Source: a bacterium
GTDB taxonomy: Bacteria; UBA9089; CG2-30-40-21; SBAY01
Length of the DNA: 45,484 bases
Assembly: GCA_040754115.1 (NCBI GenBank)
Contig: JBFMDD010000018.1
Span: 1 to 45,484, forward strand
Reading direction: 5' to 3'
Part shown: piece by piece, positions 16,318 to 23,971 of the stretch
Numbering within the stretch: position 1 is the stretch's first letter
Layout: each line of letters opens with the position of its first letter
Program-made: the position numbers and the translations under genes
Notes under the pieces: generated by a model
Told to the model about the DNA's origin: nothing
Databases searched by the model: none
Seen by the model: the letters and a program-made list of their open reading frames with translations, nothing else

Positions 16318-17355
16318 TCACACTTCATTCTTCAAATACTTTGCTGCATCTTCTGGTGGAGTTGGGTTAATAAAGAATCCAGAGCCCCACTCAAATCCAG
16401 CTATATCAGTCAATCGTGGTATTAATTCAATATGCCAGTGGAAATGTTTAAGTTCATCACGGTTAATTTTACACGGTGCAGTATGAAGCATGTAATTAAA
16501 AGGTGGGTTATTAAGCACCTTATCTACCTTTTTGATAATTCCACCTAACACTTCTGCTAATGCCATTACTTCATGTCTTGTAATATCAGGAAATGTTGGG
16601 TCATGTACCTTAGGTAAAATCCAACATTCAAATGGAAATCTGGATGCAAAAGGAGTAATAGCAATAAAATCATTATTTTCCATTATTACCCGTTCTTGGG
16701 AATTTTGTTCTTCACGGATAATATCACAAAATACACACCTATCTTTATATTTAAAATGCTGGAATGCAAAATCCATCTCCTCTCGCACATTTGAAGGTAC
16801 AATAGGAGTAGCAATCAACTGAGAATGAGGATGCTCTAAAGAAGCACCAGCTTTAACTCCATGATTTTTGAATATAAGGATGTATTCAAATCTTGGATCA
16901 CGATTTAGGTCAATTGACCTATCTCTATATGCCCAGAGTATTTCTTCTACTTGTGAAAGCTCAAGTGAATCAAAATCTAATGTGTGCTTTGGAGTTTCAA
17001 TAATCACCTCATGTGCTCCAGTACCACTTATCATATCAAACATACCTATCCCTATTTTCTCCAGTTTACCTTCTATCTGCAAGGCAGGAAATTTATTAGG
17101 TACTACCCGTAACCACCAATCAGGGGTATTAGGTTGACTACCAGGTTTTCTATAGGCTAATATCTCAGGTGGTGTTTTAGATTCATTCCCTTCACAAAAA
17201 GGACAGTTATTAACTGAAGAACTATTAGTCTCTTCGTTCTTAAGTTCTTTAGTTTTTGAGTTCTTTAGTTCATAAAAATCTGATGGTCTTTTCGCTCGCT
17301 CCGTAGCGATAATTACCCACCGATTACTTACAGGGTCTTTGCGTAACTCTGGCAT
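16318..17355 (-). CDS. galT: Galactose-1-phosphate uridylyltransferase-type (HIT-superfamily) nucleotidyltransferase
   Basis: 345 aa. It has LRKDPVSNRWVIIATERAKRP, the zinc motif CPFCEGNE and the active-site HPHSQ (SLEHPHSQLIATP). Confidence 0.85.
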   Translation of the reverse strand: MPELRKDPVSNRWVIIATERAKRPSDFYELKNSKTKELKNEETNSSSVNNCPFCEGNESKTPPEILAYRKPGSQPNTPDWWLRVVPNKFPALQIEGKLEKIGIGMFDMISGTGAHEVIIETPKHTLDFDSLELSQVEEILWAYRDRSIDLNRDPRFEYILIFKNHGVKAGASLEHPHSQLIATPIVPSNVREEMDFAFQHFKYKDRCVFCDIIREEQNSQERVIMENNDFIAITPFASRFPFECWILPKVHDPTFPDITRHEVMALAEVLGGIIKKVDKVLNNPPFNYMLHTAPCKINRDELKHFHWHIELIPRLTDIAGFEWGSGFFINPTPPEDAAKYLKNEV

Positions 17356-17408
17356 AATTCTGCTCCTATTTTACCTATCGTTTATCCATTATTAACAAAA
17401 AATTAACA

Positions 17409-17614
17409 TATACTGGACACTGCCATTAACTGAGCTATTTAGGGACGGTTTATTTTCATCGTTTTCACAGTGATTTCTTTTGGAAATTAGAAATTAGGTA
17501 TTCACTTCTTTCCCCAATTTCTAATTTCTAATTTCATATCCATTTTTTAACCGCAAGCTTTCACGCTAAAGTGAACCGTTTCTAAAATCGCAATTTGTAA
17601 CGGTGTTGAGTATA
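17409..17614 (+). mobile_element. MITE family B, full-length copy (206 bp)
   Basis: TATACTGGACACTGCCATTAACTGAGC ... GTAACGGTGTTGAGTATA. Near-identical to 10231-10436 apart from the number of central GAAATTA/AATTTCT heptamers. Confidence 0.8.
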
Positions 17615-17665
17615 ACTTAGTATATCAGAAATTGTTTAAAATGTCAACATTTTTAATTTTTTCTC

Positions 17666-17694
17666 TTGCCTTTATCAATATTTTCTGGTATAGT
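17666..17694 (+). promoter_or_regulatory. Promoter candidate for the HD-GYP gene (TTGCCT - 17 nt - TGgTATAGT)
   Basis: -35 at 17666-17671 and -10 at 17689-17694 with an upstream TG. The heptamer hairpin 17701-17834 would form the 5' UTR. Confidence 0.4.
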
Positions 17695-17700
17695 ATTAAG

Positions 17701-17834
17701 TAGAGAGTAGAGAGTAGAGAGTAGAGAGTAGAGAGTAGAGAGTAGAGAGAAATCAATAATAGGGAGTTAGATGAAAATCTCTCTACTCTCTACTCTCTAC
17801 TTGCTACTCGCTACTTGCTACTTGCTACTCGCTA
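17701..17834 (+). repeat. Heptamer-repeat hairpin: (TAGAGAG)x7, 29-nt spacer, then (CTCTCTA)x3 and (CTYGCTA)x5
   Basis: Counted directly: 17701-17749 is seven exact TAGAGAG units and 17779-17834 is eight units. CTCTCTA is the exact reverse complement of TAGAGAG. Confidence 0.92.
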
Positions 17835-17860
17835 CTTCTTTTTAAAGTGGGTGATGAGTT

Positions 17861-18850
17861 ATGCCTGGTAAAGGAATTATTTATAAAGGACCTCTTCCTA
17901 AAAAGGTAAAAACAAGTCCAAAGACTAAAAAAATAAAGGAATTAATTGATGAAATTCCTCAAGCAATTCCTGAACAGACACAAAAAGAGGCATTAAAAAC
18001 AGTAGAACATGTTATCAGTAATGTAAGGATAGGAAAGGCTATCGAAGAAGAACCACTAAAGAAGGTAATAAAGCAAATGGCAGAGGAGATTATTTCTAAT
18101 CAGGATGCGATGTTAAACTTGATAAAAATCAAGTCTCATGATGAATATACCTTTGCTCATTCGACTAATGTCTGTACTTTAGCGATTTTGCTTGGGGTAA
18201 GACGCGAATTTAAGAAAGCTGAAATTGAAGAAATCGCTTTAGGTGGAATACTGCATGATATTGGTAAGGTGAAAATTTCAGAAGAGATACTACTTAAACC
18301 TACTAAATTAACTATAAAGGAATATGAGGAGGTAAAAAAACATCCTATTTATGGCTATGAGATTTTAAATGAAAATAGTAAGTTGTCTCAACTTACAAAA
18401 TTAATTGCCTATCAACATCATGAACGCATGCAAGGTAAAGGTTACCCGCAAGGACTATCAATAGATGAGGTGCATCCAGCAGTTAGACTAATTGCTTTGG
18501 TCAATCTGTATGATTCTTTGACCACTGATAAACCCTATCGAAGTAAATTTTTACCTCATGATGCGATGCGAATTATTATTAGCCAATCAGGTAGTAACTT
18601 CTCAGTAGAGGATGTAAAGAAATTTGTAGATGATATGTCTATTTATCCCGTGGGTAGTTTTGTACGACTTAATACTGGAGAGATAGGAGTAGTGACTAAG
18701 ATAAATAGACATGCAGTAATAAGACCTTATGTTAAGATATTGCTTAATGCCAAAAAGGATATTTTGTATAAGCCTTTTGAGATTAATTTATTTAAAGATA
18801 AAGATAGATTTATTGTAAATTGTGTAGGGGAAGAGGTGTTGTTTGAATAA
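17861..18850 (+). CDS. HD-GYP domain protein (predicted c-di-GMP phosphodiesterase)
   Basis: HSTNVCTLA, GGILHDIGK and YQHHERMQGKGYPQGL motifs. Confidence 0.88.
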   Translation: MPGKGIIYKGPLPKKVKTSPKTKKIKELIDEIPQAIPEQTQKEALKTVEHVISNVRIGKAIEEEPLKKVIKQMAEEIISNQDAMLNLIKIKSHDEYTFAHSTNVCTLAILLGVRREFKKAEIEEIALGGILHDIGKVKISEEILLKPTKLTIKEYEEVKKHPIYGYEILNENSKLSQLTKLIAYQHHERMQGKGYPQGLSIDEVHPAVRLIALVNLYDSLTTDKPYRSKFLPHDAMRIIISQSGSNFSVEDVKKFVDDMSIYPVGSFVRLNTGEIGVVTKINRHAVIRPYVKILLNAKKDILYKPFEINLFKDKDRFIVNCVGEEVLFE

Positions 18851-18851
18851 A

Positions 18852-19475
18852 ATGAAGTTAATTTTAGTTCGTCATGGTGAATCTACCTGGAATAAGTTAA
18901 AAAGAATACAGGGGGCAAAAAACCCTCGATTAAGTGATAAGGGAATTAAGCAATCACAACTATTAGCTAATCGATTTAATGAGATGAGATTTGATGCAGT
19001 TTATAGCAGTCATTTAAACCGTGCTTACCAAACCGCTAAGATTTTAATTAACTCTAATACCCATATTTGTATCATTGAAGACCTGCAAGAGATTAAATTA
19101 GGTGTCTGGGAAGGTAAAACGATAGACCAGGTGAGTAAAGAGTATAAAGAAATATATGATAAATGGTATCAAAAACCATTAGAGGTAAAGATACCTGGTG
19201 CAGAAACAATATTAGAATTTAAAAACCGTGTAGTAAGAACTATTGATGGAATTAAGAGACAACATCCCGGGCAGGAGGTACTTGTAGTTACACATGGTGG
19301 CGTGATTAGTATTTATTTAGCTCATTTATTAGAGATGAATTTAAACAAGGTCTGGTCAATCTCACTTAAAAATGGTTCAGTAACAATCATAAGTTTTTAT
19401 GAAGAGTTTCCTTCTGTGTTACTATTTAACGATACCTGTCATCTGGATTCTGAAGAAGATTTGGTTACTTGGTAA
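18852..19475 (+). CDS. Histidine phosphatase family protein (phosphoglycerate mutase-like)
   Basis: MKLILVRHGESTWN (RHG catalytic motif) and a later THGGV. I prefer ATG 18852 over the TTG at 18843. Confidence 0.85.
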   Translation: MKLILVRHGESTWNKLKRIQGAKNPRLSDKGIKQSQLLANRFNEMRFDAVYSSHLNRAYQTAKILINSNTHICIIEDLQEIKLGVWEGKTIDQVSKEYKEIYDKWYQKPLEVKIPGAETILEFKNRVVRTIDGIKRQHPGQEVLVVTHGGVISIYLAHLLEMNLNKVWSISLKNGSVTIISFYEEFPSVLLFNDTCHLDSEEDLVTW

Positions 19476-19517
19476 CAGCAAGTTTGATAAGTTTGATAGA
19501 GTTCTGCAAAAGAGATT

Positions 19518-19548
19518 GTAATCGTTCAGGTGTAATGAAGGGAAAATA
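19518..19548 (+). mobile_element. Left-end fragment of MITE family C
   Basis: GTAATCGTTCAGGTGTAATGAAGGGAAAA matches the left end of the 343-bp element at 23049 (GTAACCGTTCAGGGTGTAATGAAGGGAAAAA). It is followed by (GTCTAAA)x2. No right end was found. Confidence 0.5.
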
Positions 19549-19623
19549 GAAAAGTCTGATGTCTAAAGTCTAAAGTCCAGTCTCTGAATCACAAATATCC
19601 TAAATTTAATTGGAGGAGCAAGT

Positions 19624-21072
19624 ATGAATTTAAAACAAGCTAATGAGTTAGCCTGGTTAAAGGAAAAGTATCCTGAGATGGATGTGGACAAGTTTGATCA
19701 AATTCGACAAAAATATCTAAATGGTGAATTGGAAGTAGTCTACGATGAGCAAATTCAATCGTTAAAGGGAACAAAGTATATGAGTTCCTATGAGGAATTG
19801 CCAGCCATTGAAGAACAAAATGGACTCCCTAAAGGCTACTTCCACAATAGAGGAGTTGAATTAGGAAGAAATAGCAAATTAGGTATGATAGTGTTAAATG
19901 GTGGTGTGGCTACATCGTATGAAAAGGAATTGGGCTATCGACCGACTAAAGGCATATTTCAAGCAATTATGTACACACCTATCAGTTTTATTGCTATCAA
20001 ACTCCATTCGATTTATCAATATCAAAAGGAAGGGATATTTATACCAACATATTTTATGAACAGTCCTGCTACTGATAAAGATACCAGAGACTACCTTGAA
20101 AAATTTAATAATTTTAATCTAAAAATCAAGCCAAAACATTTCTGCCAGGATTTAGGTTGGCCAAGAATCGACCCGCAAACAGGTAGCTTAATTACCCGCA
20201 AAAGTGGTAGAGTAAGCGTGGTTACCAAAGGGCATGGTGATGTGTATCAGGCATTTGATAAAAGTGGACTTTATGATGAATTTGTAGATAAAGGTGGAGA
20301 GGTGCTTTTAATTTGTAATATTGATAACTCAGAGGCAAAAATAGATATGGCTATTGCAGGTTACTTCTCATGGCTTAATGAAACACAAGGAGTACAAATA
20401 ATGTTTGAATCTGCCCCACAACTCCAAGATGACAAAAAGGGAGGAAAATGCGTATTGATGAAAAGACCTGATGGGAATATGGGGCCTGGAATATTAGAAC
20501 TAACTCGGATTTCACCCAACCTGCATGATGACTTGCAAAATATACAAGAATTTAATACCAATATGTGTTGGTTACATACCTCAATTGATAGAAGGTTATT
20601 TGATTTACCGTTCCGGGTGGTAAAAAAAACCCGCTTGAGTGATGTTGATGACCCGGAAATCAGTAAGAGTGGCGATGAGCAGGTAATACAATTTGAACAT
20701 GAGTCCCATAAACTAATGGAACTTGTAGAGTTAGGTCATTCACATGTGCTTTTAGTCCCACGAGATTTACGATTCTGGCCTAATAAATACTTCCATGACC
20801 AGATTAAAAAACAAAAACAATTAGTTGAAAAGTATAAAGAGCTGTATGATTGGATGTTTGAATTAAATCCCAAGGCTAATGAAAGTATCCTACAAGTCAA
20901 GGATGAATTGCTAAAGCAACTGGGGTTTGAAAAAGAAATTGTAACTTCGAGAATAAAGATTAGAGGATTAGAAGATAAGAGAGTAGAGAATCTTAGGTGT
21001 ATCGGGACAGTTCACTTTTGTTTGAAAGCTTGCGGAAAGAAAAGAGAGTTGAAATTGAAAGGTAGAAATTAG
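19624..21072 (+). CDS. UDPGP-family (UTP-hexose-1-phosphate uridylyltransferase-like) protein; the C-terminal ~40 codons read through repeat DNA
   Basis: Motifs VLNGGVATSY, KGHGDVYQAF and CNIDN resemble eukaryote-type UGPase/UAP family signatures. From about 20950 the ORF runs into heptamer and MITE-B-like sequence (..GTVHFCLKACGKKRELKLKGRN). Confidence 0.6.
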   Translation: MNLKQANELAWLKEKYPEMDVDKFDQIRQKYLNGELEVVYDEQIQSLKGTKYMSSYEELPAIEEQNGLPKGYFHNRGVELGRNSKLGMIVLNGGVATSYEKELGYRPTKGIFQAIMYTPISFIAIKLHSIYQYQKEGIFIPTYFMNSPATDKDTRDYLEKFNNFNLKIKPKHFCQDLGWPRIDPQTGSLITRKSGRVSVVTKGHGDVYQAFDKSGLYDEFVDKGGEVLLICNIDNSEAKIDMAIAGYFSWLNETQGVQIMFESAPQLQDDKKGGKCVLMKRPDGNMGPGILELTRISPNLHDDLQNIQEFNTNMCWLHTSIDRRLFDLPFRVVKKTRLSDVDDPEISKSGDEQVIQFEHESHKLMELVELGHSHVLLVPRDLRFWPNKYFHDQIKKQKQLVEKYKELYDWMFELNPKANESILQVKDELLKQLGFEKEIVTSRIKIRGLEDKRVENLRCIGTVHFCLKACGKKRELKLKGRN

Positions 21073-21208
21073 AAATTAGAAAATTGGCATAGAATTAGAA
21101 GTTTTTCTTTCCATTTTCATACAAATGGATATCCGAAAGAAACCATAGGAAAAACGATAAAATAAACCGTCCCGGTGTATCTTTTAACCAGACTACCTGA
21201 ACTGTTAC
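21004..21208 (-). mobile_element. Degenerate MITE B-like copy followed by a family-A-type right terminus (CCTGAACTGTTAC)
   Basis: GGGACAGTTCACTTTTGTTTGAAAGCTTGCGG...(GAAATTA)n...GGAAAAACGATAAAATAAACCGTCCC aligns with family B in reverse orientation. The terminal CCTGAACTGTTAC is at 21196-21208. Confidence 0.55.
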
Positions 21209-21211
21209 CTT

Positions 21212-22306
21212 TTAACTTATTTCCTTTTTTTCTTTTATAAACTCATTGATAGTTAGTTGAATTGGGAAGAGGAAGTTTTTTGCCTCATCTTTAAAAAATA
21301 ATAATTGTGGTGGTGTTGGGCTGGCAAAATCATGTTCATTTAGAGGTGCGGCGAGGAATTCTTCAGTTTTTTCTGGTGAAATGATAACTACAGGCCTAAA
21401 TACAGCCTCAAAACCCGTTCTAAGTGCTTTATACATTTTTTCTAATGGAATGATTCTGGTTTCATCTCCAAATTGTTCTGCAAATGAATGTTTCTCATCC
21501 CTTATCCCTAAATAAACGGTTAAATGAGTAGTATATTTTTCTGGATAATGAGTGGCATAATACTTACCGGTGAGTATATCTCCAGGTAATACACTATTAA
21601 TGGCTTTTTCATCTAAAGGAAGATATGTTTTTGATTCCTTCCAAATATCTATTCCCCTTTTTCCGTTTCTGTCCATCTTTTCATATACTGCAGACCCTTT
21701 GCTTAACATTAAATCAAATATTTCCCATGTAGAACTTTTAAAATCACCATCATCAATCAGCCCAATCTTTATCAGGAAATTATCTATGGCGTCATATTCA
21801 TCTCCTCTGTAATAACTTGAATTTAATATCTGATAAATTTTTTCAAAACATTGTTTTTCTTGTAAAGAGGGGGTTTTTGGTACACTTGAATTATAATTAT
21901 TTAGTGGATTCTCCATGAGACTATCAATTATTTCTTTAATTTTGACCACCTTTAATGAATAATCTAACATCTCATTTACATTCGTATAGCCTAATTCTGC
22001 TGATAATTTTTTAAGCCAGACCGCATAGAGCATCTGAACTGTAGCTGTGCAGTTATACTTTTCATAATTGTTTGGGATTTGATAAACTGTTAAACTTTTC
22101 CAAAATTTACTTATGTATATGGGAATATTATTTATTAAATTTAGGTCTTTATCTTTGGAAATATGAACTAACTCATCTCTATCTACAAGAAGTGCATTTA
22201 TATCATGAGAATAAGAATTTAATATAATCAAGATAAAGGCAATGGAGATGACAAAAATGACCTTTTTAAACAAATTCGTTTCGTTTTTTACAATAAATTC
22301 ACTCAT
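21212..22306 (-). CDS. Hypothetical membrane-anchored protein, possibly a papain-like / NlpC-P60-like fold
   Basis: N-terminal TM helix (VIFVISIAFILIILNS). A Cys (YNCTATVQML) and a later LPGDIL...THLTVYLG pattern resemble NlpC/P60 Cys-His arrangements. The start could be 22339 (GTG) or ATG 22306. Confidence 0.5.
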   Translation of the reverse strand: MSEFIVKNETNLFKKVIFVISIAFILIILNSYSHDINALLVDRDELVHISKDKDLNLINNIPIYISKFWKSLTVYQIPNNYEKYNCTATVQMLYAVWLKKLSAELGYTNVNEMLDYSLKVVKIKEIIDSLMENPLNNYNSSVPKTPSLQEKQCFEKIYQILNSSYYRGDEYDAIDNFLIKIGLIDDGDFKSSTWEIFDLMLSKGSAVYEKMDRNGKRGIDIWKESKTYLPLDEKAINSVLPGDILTGKYYATHYPEKYTTHLTVYLGIRDEKHSFAEQFGDETRIIPLEKMYKALRTGFEAVFRPVVIISPEKTEEFLAAPLNEHDFASPTPPQLLFFKDEAKNFLFPIQLTINEFIKEKKEIS

Positions 22307-22410
22307 TTGATTTTTTCCTGTCAGAATAGAAACATTCACCGTTTACTTTTTTTAACTTTCTACTCTCTTTTATATATCGGCAAATTCGTTAGATTTCTTA
22401 ATAATTTTTG

Positions 22411-22439
22411 TTGACAATATGGTAATTTAGATGTAAAAT
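22411..22439 (+). promoter_or_regulatory. Promoter candidate for hisI (TTGACA - 17 nt - TAAAAT)
   Basis: -35 at 22411-22416 and -10 at 22434-22439. It is immediately followed by a complete MITE B, which would form the 5' UTR. Confidence 0.45.
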
Positions 22440-22602
22440 TATACTCAACACTGTTACAAATTGCGATTTTTAGAAACGGTTCACTTTAGCGTGAAAGCTT
22501 GCGGTTAAAAAATGGAGTTGAAATTGGAAAGTAGAAATTACATGGAAAACGATGAAAATGAACCGTCCCTAAATAACTCAGTTAATGGCAGTGTCCAGTA
22601 TA
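22440..22602 (-). mobile_element. MITE family B, reverse orientation (163 bp), in the hisI leader
   Basis: TATACTCAACACTGTTACAAATTGCGATTTTTAGAAACGGTTCACTTTAGCGTGAAAGCTTGCGG...CAGTTAATGGCAGTGTCCAGTATA is the reverse complement of the 10231 and 17409 copies. Confidence 0.8.
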
Positions 22603-22628
22603 TCTTTAATCAAGGAGATGGAAACAAA

Positions 22629-22955
22629 ATGGAGTTTAAATTTGATGAAAAGGGATTAATTCCAGCAATAATTCAAGATGAGGCGACCAAAGATGTTTTA
22701 ATGGTAGCTTATATGAATAAGGAATCTTTACAAAAAACATTAGAAACTGGGAAAACACACTTTTGGAGTCGGTCAAGACAAACATTATGGTTAAAAGGAG
22801 AGACTTCTGGACATTATCAATTAGTTAAAGAGATATGGTATGATTGTGATGAAGATACATTATTAGTTAAGGTAGAACAAATAGGTGATGTTGCGTGCCA
22901 TACGGGTGAGCGAAGCTGCTTTTATAGAAAATTATATCCTGCAACTGATGTGTAA
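22629..22955 (+). CDS. hisI: Phosphoribosyl-AMP cyclohydrolase HisI
   Basis: [34 protein letters not shown]...[12 protein letters not shown]...[39 protein letters not shown] upstream of ATG 22629. The 22512 start of the tracked ORF lies inside the MITE and is rejected. Confidence 0.9.
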   Translation: MEFKFDEKGLIPAIIQDEATKDVLMVAYMNKESLQKTLETGKTHFWSRSRQTLWLKGETSGHYQLVKEIWYDCDEDTLLVKVEQIGDVACHTGERSCFYRKLYPATDV

Positions 22956-22978
22956 TAATAGGATATTATGGAGGAGTA

Positions 22979-23852
22979 ATGACCGATATAATTCCAGTTG
23001 AAAAAATAGAGAATAGAATATTTCAGATAAGAGGCAAGGTAACCGTTCAGGGTGTAATGAAGGGAAAAATGGGAAATAATGGGAAAAGGGGGAATTTATT
23101 TTTATGTATAGGAATTTGATAGTTGTTCTGGTCATTCCCACATTATAGTCTTTGGAAAAGTAAGTTCCTCTTTTTGGAGTGCGGTAGCTTGCTACCGCTT
23201 TGAGCAAATCGCAAGCACGCTCTCGCCGTCCAAAGCGAAAGCAAGCTTTCGCACTCCACATTTTGAACATACTGATCACTGTTCACTGAACATACTGATC
23301 ACTGAAAATTAAAATTTGAAATGAAATCCTCTAATATTTTTCCTATTTTCCCTACTTTTCCATTTTTCCTTACTTACACCTGAACGATTACGAGGCAAGA
23401 AGGTAATGCTGGATAGAGATCTGGCAGAATTGTATGGCGTTTCAACAAAGGTTTTAAATCAAGCGGTTAAAAGAAATTTAAAAAGATTCCCGGAAGATTT
23501 TATGTTTAGGTTAACTAATGCTGAAAAATACAAGGTGGTCACAAATTGTGACCACCTTAGAGTATTAAAATTTTCACCACAATTACCGTTTGCTTTTACT
23601 GAGCAAGGTGTGGCAATGCTTTCAAGCGTTTTAAACAGTGAAAGGGCTATTATGGTGAATATTCAGATTATGCGTGCTTTTATAAACTTGTGAAGGATTG
23701 GTTTAACCTATGTTGAATTAAAACGAAAAATTGAAGCAATAGAGAAAAAATATGATGAACAATTTAAGGTTGTTTTCCATGCGATAAAGAAGTTATTAGA
23801 GCCAACACAAGTAGAAGGGAAAAAGAGGAAAATAGGATTTCGTAATAGTTGA
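22979..23852 (+). pseudogene. ORF6N-domain (KilA-N-related DNA-binding) gene, disrupted by a MITE insertion and an in-frame TGA
   Basis: Exon-like parts: MTDIIPVEKIENRIFQIRGK (22979-23048) and, after the [40 protein letters not shown]...[13 protein letters not shown]...[10 protein letters not shown], then TGA at 23691-23693. The same frame continues RIGLTYVELKRKIEAIEKKYDEQFKVVFHAIKKLL...GFRNS to the stop at 23850-23852. Confidence 0.8.
23049..23391 (+). mobile_element. MITE family C (343 bp), termini GTAACCGTTCAGGGTGTAA / TTACACCTGAACGATTAC, flanked by a perfect 8-bp TSD GAGGCAAG
   Basis: TSD copies at 23041-23048 and 23392-23399. Removing the element plus one TSD copy restores the ORF6N frame (IRGK|KVMLDRD). 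It contains a GC-rich double hairpin (23176-23257) and no credible ORF. Confidence 0.88.
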
Positions 23853-23868
23853 AAAGGGAATTATACTT

Positions 23869-23971
23869 GTAAGCGTTCAGCTAATAATTTTGCAGTTTAT
23901 CAGGTTCTAGGTTCAGGGTTCAAGGTTCAAGGTTCAAGGTTCAAGGTTCAAGGTTACTAAGCGATAAAGAT
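23869..23971 (+). mobile_element. MITE family A left half (GTAAGCGTTCAG...) with an expanded heptamer array (8 units); right half absent
   Basis: Collinear with 15625-15711 and 10145-10230, but with 8 rather than 5 AGGTTCA-type units (23902-23957). It is followed by a MITE B at the same internal junction as in the 10145 copy. Confidence 0.7.

Noticed and set aside
17701-17834. Regularly spaced short repeats that might be taken for a CRISPR array (also at 23902-23957, 30120-30165 and 31910-31965)
   Set aside because: The period is 7 nt with no spacers. The units are contiguous and the arrays pair with reverse-complement arrays to form hairpins. No cas genes are present.
22932-23279. 115-aa minus-strand ORF
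   Set aside because: About two-thirds of it lies inside the non-coding MITE C and the rest runs over the ORF6N 5' fragment and hisI 3' end. It has low-complexity composition and no RBS or motif, so it is a spurious ORF.
23691-23693. In-frame TGA inside the ORF6N gene as evidence of stop-codon reassignment (code 4 or 25)
   Set aside because: TGA terminates intact genes here (cheR at 7645-7647, PIN at 2132-2134, MNT at 42235-42237). The long ORFs, including the 2,200-codon one, contain no in-frame TGA. The ORF6N gene is already broken by a MITE, so a nonsense mutation in a pseudogene is the simpler reading.
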